DNA of 64,000 nucleotides from Monocercomonoides exilis PA203 (lineage: Eukaryota > Protista > Preaxostyla), in assembly GCA_001643675.2 (NCBI GenBank), contig LSRY02000021.1, positions 310,001 to 374,000 of the forward strand, in the 5' to 3' direction. Positions 49,391 to 60,600 of this stretch are shown here, one piece after another. The position numbers and the translations under genes are program-made. The notes below the pieces were generated by a model that saw only the letters and a program-made list of their open reading frames with translations, did not search any database and was not told the DNA's origin. Position 1 is the stretch's first letter. Every line of letters starts with the position of its first letter.

Positions 49391-52300
49391 TTACTCATTG
49401 AAAAGAGATTTAAATGAAGCATACGCAGGAGATATTTTCACAAAAGAAGAGTTAGACGAAGAGGCTGTTGATGCCCCATCAATCTGCGATTGGACACGAC
49501 TCCTTGAGATTCCAAGAGAAGTCTGCGGTCTGACGCCAATTGATGAGTGTGCGTTGCGCACTGCAGCAGGCGAAGGAGAAGAGGAGGCAAAAGTGCTGAG
49601 TGAATAAGAGTCCACAGGAGAGCGTCTAAGAAGCGTGCTGACGATTGGCGTGTGCGGCCTGGACGAAGCAGGAGATGACTTGGCTGATTGAGAAAGGGAC
49701 AGAAACGGCTGTGGATGCTTTGGCGAAACAATCGGAGAAGTGGTTTCAGAGCTGATATCAATCGAAGTTGTGGTTGACTCTGGTGAAAGAGAAGAAAATA
49801 AATTCTTTGTAATTGTATTTCCCATTCCTTCTGCATTTAACATTGAATCCACTTTGATGTTATCTGTTTTCAACTGATTGACATCTCCATCTCTGATTTT
49901 TTCTCTTTCATTTTCGCAGCATTTCTGCTTGTTTTGTTCTGTCAGTGAAGCACCATCGATTGATCTCAGCTGGAACGAGTAATCTTCCACAGCACTTTCT
50001 CTCCTCTTCATTTGCTTATTTGAAGAAGTCGATGAGATTGACAGCAAAGAATGCGAAGGTGTTGCGGACGTCGGCCGCAGCTGCCGCTTGTTCGTCTGAT
50101 TGGACGAAAGTGACTCAGATATTTGTGTGTGTGCATCAGATGGCAACTGAGTGAATGAAGCAGTCTCTTGGGAAGAGATGAGAAGAGGTGGGTCTTCTCC
50201 ATGTGGTGTTGTGGCTGGTGGTGTGTAGCTGTTTCTTTGTGGCTGACGAGGAGAGAAAGAGGAAGGAGTTGCTGGCTGGCTGAGTGATGTGATGATGCTG
50301 GCGATGGAAGAGGAGGAGCGCCATAGCATCCCAGGCGAGATGAAGGAGGAGGAGGAAGATGAGGATGATGATGAAGAGGAGGAGGAGGAAGAAGAGATAG
50401 AAGAAGACAAAGATGAGGACGGATGCTGTGAAAGCTCAATGGAAGAAGACAGAAGGCTTGGAGAGCATGAGGCAACACGTGCAGACAGTGGTCTGCTTCT
50501 TTTGCCTTTCTGTTCTTTTGAACGGTGCTTGTCTTTTCCTTCAGCAGGCAGAAGATGAGGAGACATCATCTGCTGAGAGGGAGAAGAGGAGCGAGTTGAG
50601 TTGAGCGATGATGAAAGAGTAGAAGGAGAAGACGCTATCATATGAATGTCGCTAAGCCAGTTGAGGCGTTCAGGAATTGATGTGGCAGTTGATGTGGGCA
50701 AAGGGGAAGAGTCAGTGTTTGATGTTTGTGCAGACTTTGCAGAAGGCTTAGCTATTTTTGGATGTTCTTCTTTTGTAATGTTCCGTTCAAAGATGAAGTT
50801 GTTGCCTGCTTCTTGCTTCAGTCTATTAGATTTATCAAATGAATTCTTGTTGTTTTCTGTGAGTTCATTGAATGTATCGAAATCTGAATGAGATGTCTTT
50901 TCATTGAGAAAATCAGAAGAAGAAGGCAGAGCAGAGGATGAAGGGGAATGTTTAAGTGAATCAAGTGAAAGCTCAAAAGAAGGACGAGTTAATGAAGACG
51001 CCTCAGGAATAGCAGGAGTTGAGGCAGAGCTGAATAAGAGAGGAGTGAAAGAAGAAACAGAAGAAGAAACAGAAGAAGTCTGTTTTTTGGATATCATCCC
51101 TTTCCCTCCGCTTGATTTCCCCTTTTTTTGAGGCGCTTTCTTCCCTCTGCCAGACGGTGTCTCCACTTCTCTTGTTATTCCTTCCTTTGCCAGCTCATCG
51201 AATGTGCTGGCGTGGAACCTGGGATTGTTCGTCATCGACGGGTCGATAAACACTCTCCCGCTGATTTTGGGTATCCAACTCATCTTCGGCCGCTTCATCC
51301 CTTTTGCCAGCTTCTTCTTGCTCTTGTCATCGTCATCAAGATCTGCAAATGCCTGCAATAGAAGCTCATCTAAATGTTTGTTTTTGTCTGATTTTTCGTT
51401 ATTAACTGCATCATTGGTCAAAATACTTCGAAGTTTCACAAGGTTTGTGCTTGATGTTTCTGTATTTATTTTGTTGTAACTCTCAGAAATTTCTCTTTTC
51501 TTTACATTTTCTTTTTCCTCATCCTCTCCCTCTCCTTCTTCTTCTTCTTCTTCTTTTTCTTCTTCATTCTCTTCTTCATCCCCATCATTTGTTTCCTCAT
51601 TCTCTTCCCCTTCCTCATCCTCGTCATTCTCTTCCATCTCCACACTTTGTACCTTCTGCACCATCTGCACCTGTGAGTTGTTCTGAATAAGCTTCCTCTT
51701 CTGCTCATCAGGTGAGAACGAAAAAGGTTGAGTGTACAATCTGTATGACCTCGAAGAGTATGCTGAGATCGGCCTGCGTGTGTTCGTGGTGGACACAAAA
51801 AACGAAGAATTCTGTGTTTTTGGGCGTTTCAGGCTGCTTGACACTGAAGATTGGGTGAGAGAGGTTACCTTTGTTGAAGAGCCTTCCTGTTTAGATGAGT
51901 CTGATGGAACAGCCTTTGCTTTCTCGATAACTGAATGAGGGAAGTACGAGAAAGACGGCGAATGAATAGAAAATGCCTCAATGATGTTTGCTTTCTTTTT
52001 GGTTCGGGCAAAAGATTTAGCTGTTAATGAACGTCTCTTTGTTGCCTTCGGAGAAATTTTCTGTTTCGATGGAATGTTCAATATGCTGTCATTTTCTGTG
52101 TTTTCTGTTCGAGAAGTGATTTTCTCGTCATTCCGGTCAGTATTCTCCTGCTGTTTCTGTGTGTTTGTTTGATTTTTGTCTGTTTTCTTTAATTGCTTGC
52201 TGATCAAATGTTCATTGCGTAGTTTTGCATTGATGGAAGTTCTGTTCTTTTCCTCTCTTCCATTTTCTGCCCCGTTTTCATTCGTCTTCTCGTTTGAGTC

Positions 52301-53459
52301 AGCTTCCTTTGTAGGCTCTGTCTTTTGGGTGTTTGGCTTCTGTTGTTTGTTGCCTTTTGAATTGTCTTGTTTGTTTTGAGTCACTGATTTCCTTAAAGAT
52401 ATCCTTAACTCTCTTTTTCGTATTGCATTCATGTTTTCCTCTTCCTTCAGTTCCTTTTCTTTCAATTCAAGCTCCTTTACATCCTTTTCGTGAAATCGCC
52501 TCGTCTTGTTCGCATCGAGCTGCCCTGCTTTTTCTCTCATGTCATTTTCTTTCTCTTTTGCTTCTCTGATGTCAAGGCACACGCAATCAGCTTCCTCATT
52601 CAACCGATCTCGCTCCTCACACAACTCTTTCATGTCTGCCACTTTCTTTTTCAAATCCTCGATTTCTTTTTTCAATTCGCTTTCGTATTCATTTTCTCTT
52701 TGTTGGTGCTTCCGCTCATTTAAATCAATGATATTCTGAACCTCCATCATTCCATCGGATACTTCTTTCATCCTTTCTCCTTCACGAACTTTTGCATCCT
52801 TCGCATTTAATTTAATGTATCCTTTTTCTATTTTGTCCTGTTGTTCAAGCCATTCTAATTGTAATGTTATGTTTCTTTCCCTTATTTCGCCAGCTTTTTG
52901 GGATACTCTTTTATTCAGTGTTTTATCAAAACCTGAATTCACTTCATCAAGTGCTTTTCTATATTCCTTTCATATAAAAATAAAATGATTTAGAAATTTA
53001 TTGATTTTTGTAATGAGCAAACATGAAGAAGCTGAATTCTTGTCTCGTTCAATTGTTTCTCTTTTTGCTCTTTTTCAACCTCGCATTTTTTCTCCAGCGT
53101 CTTTTCAAGTGAAAAGAGATGTCTTAATTTAAATAAATTATTTTCAAACTGTATTAAATTATTTTCACTTTCAAAGCAAACTGAATTTGATTTTTTAAAT
53201 CCAAATTTTCTGCTTCTAAATCATCGTAATTCGTCAAATTTCTCTCTAATTCGTTCAACATTCTCATGCATTCGTCCTTTTCCTGTTCTAATTCTGCTGT
53301 TACATGCTCAAATTCTTGACGCATATACTCAAATTCTCGTGTGTGATACACCTCATCGGTAAGGAGTTGCTGTTGAAGCTTTCCGATTTGACGATCTTTT
53401 AATGCTCCCTCTTCTCTGAGTTCCTTTACTATTCCTATATCAAGGTTAGGGATCGCCAA
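49391..53459 (-). CDS. Hypothetical protein: N-terminal coiled coil plus long Ser-rich low-complexity region (5' end unresolved)
   Basis: The coiled-coil exon (about 53435-53170), an exon at about 53100-53023 and the long 1183-aa ORF join in frame through GT-AG introns. The start codon or first exon could not be fixed. Confidence 0.72.
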
Positions 53460-53814
53460 AACAGCAATTTAAAAAATAATATTATGATCTGTGTATCCAT
53501 ATTGAAATATATCAATGATGCGAAAATGGAGCAAAATTCATTCAACTCAATTTTCTTCCTGAATGGGGCTTATTATTGAATAAAAAAAACGAGATTTGTA
53601 CCAAATATATTCTTCAAATAAAATAAAATAAATATGATATTGGAATTCAATAATATTTTGAACAATTATTGAATAACAAAAATACTTTGAAGATGTTGGA
53701 TAGAACAAAATTCAGAAAGAAAAAATTCTCATCCAAAATACGAAAATTATCTTAATAAATTTAAGGGTTTTTATTTGTTTGATAAATTGAATTTTTGAGC
53801 ATAATATTTGATGA

Positions 53815-54297
53815 ATGACAAATATAATCCATTATTGCATTGACGGAAATGATAAATTCAATTCATTCGAATTTTCAGAGTTTTTGATGAGCGTGCACAA
53901 ATTGAAAGATCAAATTGCAATAAAAGAAAAATACACCTTCGACGGAAGTCATTTGCGCGTCGTAGACGCAAGTTCTGGAGAAGGTGAGTACAAATTATGA
54001 AATTATTTTGCAATGAAATAGCTTTTCATTTTTTTAAAAAAATAAAAATGAGAAATTTCTAATGAAGATTAGTTATATTGCATTTTTACGGATTGTTCAT
54101 TTTCATAAATGTTAACACAAATATCTTTTTTTTTTTCATTTTCCTCCATTTATGTATTTTTATCTTGAATTTGGAACGATGCCTGCGGAATGTGAATGTT
54201 CAGAATACAAAGACGATAGATTGCTTACACATGGCACTCAGGTAATTGTTTTATGAAAGGCATCAGAAAATACACAGTTATTGCCTGTTGATGCAAG
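53815..54297 (+). CDS. DWNN (RBBP6/Mpe1-type ubiquitin-like) domain; first two exons of the downstream USP locus, or a stand-alone protein of about 73 aa ending at TGA 54254-54256
   Basis: Exons 53815-53983 and 54204 onward, separated by intron GTGAGT..CAG, give MTNIIHYCIDGNDKFNSFEFSEFLMSVHKLKDQIAIKEKYTFDGSHLRVVDASSGEEYKDDRLLTHGTQVIVL*. This aligns by eye with the DWNN pattern VHYK..isl.dLK.qI...eK....cdLqitnaqt.EEY.DD.alipkn.sVIVRR. Confidence 0.72.
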
Positions 54298-54644
54298 GTT
54301 ATTTGTTTTCTTCCAATTATTCACATTCGAATTCGCATTTTTACTTTTTCTTTCTCTTTTTTGTTTCTTTCCTTCTTTGTTTCATTGTTTTTCTTTTTTC
54401 GATAAAAATACCATGCGTCATTTTGTATTTAACGGGGAAATTTTTGAATATACGCAACTAACGATCACAGAAAGACGGATTCAAAGTCTCAATCCACATC
54501 TCTAGTGTGCATTTTCTTTTTTTCCCAAGCTTTTTGGATTTCAATATATATATGTCCTCTTGCGTTTTGCATGTTTCCTTTCTCCTTTCTTTTTTTCTGC
54601 TGAAAATAATCTGGAATTGGAACTAAAAGTGTTGCACCGAACAG

Positions 54645-57600
54645 ACTCAGATGGAACATTTGCAAATCAAGGAATCAGTCACAGAACAACACGAATCCAA
54701 TAGTTCATTCGGAGTCTTTCCTTTTTTCAGTCAGAAGACAACGGTAAAACATCTACACGAGGAAATTAATCCTTTGCTTCTCAAAGCAAGCATTGGAACA
54801 TCGTATACATCACTTTTCTCACTGTTGAATGATGATGCAACCGAAGAAAGCAGAGCAACTGCAATTCAAAAAATGGATTTAATTCTTGGAGATTTGCAAA
54901 TGCTAATAGAGGAGACAGAATCAATGATGCCTTTCGAGCAAGTGAATGCCTTGATTGGAGAAGCATTGCAACAGATGAAGAGTGGGATGAACGGATACGC
55001 ATCTCAGATGTGTTCTGATTTGGGCCTGGAAAGCTGGAGGTTGCGGTTTGTGTTGAGTGGAGGATTGAGTGCGCTGCTGTCGCTTTTAATGGAATCTCCA
55101 CTGTTTCAAAATGAGATCTATTTGCAGCCTCTTCCGCCGTCAACATTGGCAACAGTTGTCCGAGTTGTCTCTGCATTCATTTTAGAAGCGCAGGCAACCT
55201 CAACATTAGGCTCACAATCATCTGGATCTTATTCAATCGAATCGTCAGATGCTCTTCCATCGCTTCTACTGTTCAACAACACATTAGAATATTCTATTTT
55301 GCATGTGCCAATTGTTGTGCAGACAATCAATGCGACTCTTTCAGAGGACAAGACGCATTATGTTCCATTGCCACCAGTTATGTTGGAACCAGAAAAATGA
55401 CAGCGGGTATTTTTTATCTTGAGATTGATGCAGCTATTTGTGTATTATACAAACGATATTGCAGTCGAGCTTCCACTTTTGCGCTTGCCGTTCACAACAA
55501 GTCCATGCATCGATTCTCCGCTTGTTCAGTTGCATTCTTATCTGACACCTACAAACATTTCACCAGTTGCAGTGACTGCAACAATTGAGGCACATCCACA
55601 TTCCTCACACCACTGCGGGATGCTGGACTACTTCTTGTATGTTCCCGAAGAGTCGATGGATAAGTATGTTTCAAACACAGAGGAATTTGAGAAAATTGTG
55701 CAGCGCCATCTCAATCGCATTTCTGCAGTACCTGTTTCGTCGTCTGCATCCAGCAGCGAACAATACCCACAACGAACAATATTCTCGTTCGTGGAGGCAA
55801 TGCAAATTGTCAACACATACACGCCCACAAAGAGACTGCCAGGGTTGGAAGGCAGCTATTCCGCTTCGTCTATCGAAGACAAAACACAAAATGAAATTCT
55901 ATGCACGCTGTTTGCCATTTTGTGTTCAACTATGCAAAGCTTATCCTGACGAATTGGCACAATATCTTGTTTTATCGTCATTCGAGCCATTTCTCCTTGT
56001 GTTCCTTTTCGCGCTCAGTCATTGCGAAGAGACAATACGTCCCTTATCGATCGAGCAACTGGAGTCAACCTTTCTGCAAATTTCCTATTCGAGCATGTTG
56101 CTTGAAGAGAGTGCAATTGCGCAGCTGATATCATCGATTTTGGATGGGAGCTCAGCACTTGCTTCGTTTGCGCTTGGAACTGCAACGCTGCTGCACATTC
56201 AGCAATTTGCGGTGTTTCTGGGGAATATGCTTGCTCGATTAATGGATAAACTTCAATTATGTCAAGCATCGCTGACGATGAAGACCGCAATGCCATCTGG
56301 AGGATTATCTTTGCAACGTTTAATGACAACTTTTGCGCTTCTTATCCGGACACATCACAAATACCATTGCATCATTCCTCCTGAATTATATTTCCCTTCT
56401 TTTGCATCTCCAAATTCTGAGGTCTACTCATCTTGCTTATCATATGCGCAATATCTTCATTTGAATCGATCAGACAAAATATCAGATGGAAATGCACTTC
56501 CATTACTTCCGCTTTTGGCATTTATGAACACCATATTTGTCTTCATGGAAAAAAAGTCACAGAAAGCAGATGGCATTGTTGCAGAAGAATTACAAAAGCA
56601 GGAGATTTTGCTGAAAGAATATTTTGGATATGTTTCTGCTGGAAAGAAAACTGGACACAGACTTATTCCATTCCTGTGGGAAAAAACACTGTTTTATGGC
56701 CTTTCAAATGAAGACGCGCAATCCAGCCAGACAGAAAACCACGCACCTGAAACTTTAGCAATTGTGAACGATTTTGAAATAAGAAACATGATCTTCGAAT
56801 TTATTTCCACATTATGTCATGGGAGCAAGGTTAATCAAGGATGTGTGTTTGAGCTGCTGGGAAAGCTTCAACAGTTGGAAGATGAACATGTTTACCCAGG
56901 ATTCAACATTTCTGCATTGCCTCTTGTTTCGCCATGGAGCAGAGAAAGAAGCAAATATCGGGGCATCCACAACCCAAACGCAATGAGTCACATTATATCG
57001 ATATTTGCCCAACTTTATATGCATCCTCAATTTCGATCAACATTTTTAATGTGGGATGGACAGTCAGAGTTCCCTCAAAACAAAAAGGAACAAATGGTGG
57101 TGAGTCCGCCTGCTGAGATTGTTGAGCAGCAATTGCGGAGGATGAGAGGAATGAATCCTATATTTGATATGGAAGAAGAAGATATGATGAGAAAGCGAAT
57201 AACGAGTTCTACAAAGGAAGAGAAAGAAGAATGCGAGAACATTTGGAATACAGTGCGACTTCTGTTTGCGGAACTCAGGACAATCCGTTCAACCATTCCT
57301 CAATTGAGATGACTTCATTTCTGGATGCATATTTCAACAAAAATCAGAAGGAGTTTATTGGAGATACGCAGATGGATCCATTTAAATTTCTCGAGAATCT
57401 TATGAAAAAGCTGTCATTTCATTTGGACTTTCATAATGCTCCAAATTTCATCCGGAGACTGTTTCAAGGAAAAAAGCAATGCACAACAATCTGCGAGCGA
57501 GGACATACAATAGAACAGACATTGTCATTCTTTGTGCTTCATGCGGATGTGAAGGGAATGTCTTCAATTGATCAAGCATTACAGTCGATGACGAATGGTA

Positions 57601-60600
57601 GACATGCGAATGGGCTAATGTGCAAAGAATGTCCCCGAACAAGGAAAGGTAATTGGAATTTTAATACCATGCAGCGAATAACCCTGAAAGAGCTGCCAAA
57701 CACTGTTTTCATCCATTTGAACCGCTTTGACTTTGATGAGTTTTCTGAAGTTCGAGCAAAGACAAATTCATTTTTTTCGTTCCCTATCAAAGATCCATTG
57801 AACTTTGCTCCTTATATGTACGAGTCAATGGTGGCTGCTGACAACGGTCTAACCCCAGAAGCGCGTTACAGGATTGCCAAAGCAGCAGCTGAAGAGCGAC
57901 ACATTGAGGATGATCTGAAAAAAGGAACTCCGCTGACTCTTAAACAAACAAAAAATCTATTCAGACCGAAAGAGTATTACCTGTTCGAGCTCAGAGGAAT
58001 TGTCTGCCATTCGGGTTCTGCAAAAGGTGGGCACTACTATTCATTCATCAAAGAGCGTGTTGCACCGTTTCAGTGGTATGAGTTCAATGATTCATCTGTC
58101 TTTCCAGTGGATTTAGATACAATTGTTGCTCATTCGTTTGGTGGGAATCTGCCTTTAAAAAGTGTAACTACGCAGTTACTCGATGAGATAAGCAGAGAAA
58201 ACGAAATGTCGAATATGAGCTCAGCATATCTCCTTATTTACGAGCGAATAAAACCAGTTGACGATTGGCAAGTCGAAAGAACATTGAAAGAGCAATATGC
58301 ACCTGATATAGCATTCCCATTCTACCCGATGCATCCACAACCACCTTATCCTCCGAGCTCTGCGTTCAGGCAACTTCTTTCATTAAAGCAATTTGAAGAA
58401 GAAGGAATTGCAATTTCAAACACAGAAGGAATTGCGAGATTGGTTGACAAGAAGCTATCAGAGAAAGAAAGAGAACAACAGATTTTCAACAATACACTTT
58501 TTGCATTCGTTAGAAAAGTGATGATAGAGACGAAGTACTTGACAATCAAATGGAAGGACAGCATAGAGCAAATGCTTGCAATCATTAAACGCAAAGAGTT
58601 AACATTGGCCTCGGTTCCTCTTCCACTTCCACTGCTTTCAGCTTCAACATCAAATGAGAATGAACGCATTGCTCCAACTGTTCTTTCTGTGTGGATCAGA
58701 TATTTGCTGCACACTCTTTCACACTCCACATGGAACGAGGAATTCACTCTGTGGTGCAACGAGCTCGAGCCAATCTTCCATTCAATGCCCAGTCTGTCTT
58801 TGCTTTTGTTGAGATATTTAACTGCACAAATGGTGTCAGATGAGAATAAGCTTTGGCGGTTGTGCGTTGCTCGGAAGAAAAAGGCTAATGCAAAGCCCTA
58901 TGCTGAAGAAATCCTAAAGCAGCAAAGTGCTTCTTCCTCAATGGATTCATCGTCTTCCTCATCACAAGCTCCTCTGCCAACGTCCGAACCACATCTTTCA
59001 TCAACTGAGCATTCACAACTCGAAACAGACTTCATGGACACACCATCAATCGTTCCATCACTTCTCTTCCGCTGTGAGAATACACAGATCCGCTTATCTT
59101 TCTTGCGTCTGCTGTTGGAAGCGGTGTCTGCAGTCACTCGTGCTGTTGATGCTTTTATGCATCATTCACCTTCAGACGAGCAATCACGAAAGGAATGTGA
59201 AGACGCGGCATCGTCTCTGATTGGAGAACTGAACGTGTTCTTTACCACGCTTCTCAACATCATCCCGTCAAAGCAGCATTGTGCCCCACTTTTTATTCCG
59301 CTTTTCATGTTTTTACGTGATGCATGCAAATTGTCGCCAATTGTTTCTGCTATTCTTATGTCAGCATCGTATCTGCAGCGCTGTCACGACTTTTTGTGCT
59401 GCGATAAGCTTCCGCAATATGGCTGGTCTTTGTTTGTGAAGAATCTGCACAGCACTTTTCCAATTGATCCGAAGACCATTGAATCAACGCATCTTCACGC
59501 TATATCTGGAGAGACTTCCACGGCAATTCTCATTTCTCTGATTACATGTCTGCAAAATGCTCCATCGAATCTGACGCCTCAGGGTGTATTTATTTACACA
59601 GCTGCATTGAGCGCACCACGAACACCTCTGTTTGCACCAGATGAGCTTTTACCGCCTCCCCCTTCATCATTCACGCTTGCCTCTCTCAGATCTCTAGAGT
59701 TTCATCCATTTGCATCGCGTTTGACTCAGGCACTGGTGGAGAAGCTGCTTTCCTCCACAAAGGCACCTCATCATGTTGCTGCACTGTGCTCACTTTCAAT
59801 GGCACGGTTTCTGCAGATCGCTCCTCAATTACTTAATCCAATTCCGAGTTCTCTAAAAGAAGAAGAAGAGAATGCGTTGTTCGAAGCAACAGGGTTAAAA
59901 TGGCTTCTGAAAGATCCATGGAGCTTTGTGACACGTGGAAAGGGTTTCAATCAGGAGGCCATGCAGATGTATTTGGATGTTGTGCGGATGAAGGTGATTA
60001 TGTCTTCGTCTCCATCTTCCAATGAATCGTTTTCATTATCATCTTCTTCTTTATCTTCTTCAGCATCTTCAAGTGCTGCTTCAGAAATACTCCTTCCAAT
60101 CTGTTTGTTATCGCTCAACATACTGTTACAGTCAGTGCAAGATTCCGTTTCATATGAAACTGTTTCAGTTGCAAAAGAGGCACTATGCATGTTGTGTGCT
60201 GTTGGAGATGCGTGTTTGCGAGACCGCTTGCTTTCGTTTTCATTGTGTAGTGAAGATAAACTTGTTAAAACACTTGTAATGATTCTTTTGCAACATTGGC
60301 ATGTGTGCTTTCGCGAAGGGGTGGCACGTATCTTGAGGTGCTGTGTGGTTGAGAAGGAAGAGGCATTTGTGCAACATCCGCTGATTTCGCAACCCCAATT
60401 TGTAACAGATGCAACAGGTGTTCATTCCGATGTGAGACACGTGATAATCACACCATTTCTAGTGAAGAAAGGAAACACCGAAGCGCAGCCTCTGCTTATG
60501 GGAGAGTCTATTCATCCAATGCTTCTCTCATCACAAAAAGAAGATCCATTTTCCACAACATCTTCAGATGGATCAGAAAATACTCTTTCTTCAGGCAGTG

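Noticed and set aside
38140-52739. Antisense and alternative-frame ORFs within the WD40 and coiled-coil genes
   Set aside because: Artefacts of TCT/GAA-rich coding sequence, with no independent domains.
54254-55400. Selenocysteine or genome-wide TGA reassignment to explain the in-frame TGAs
   Set aside because: TGA is the true stop of legumain and of the giant protein in this window. The first site aligns to Arg rather than Cys, and I recognised no SECIS.
57253-57278. 26-nt GT..AG that would repair the -1 frameshift
   Set aside because: It would delete the conserved LFAEL helix, is not AT-rich, and is shorter than any supported intron here.
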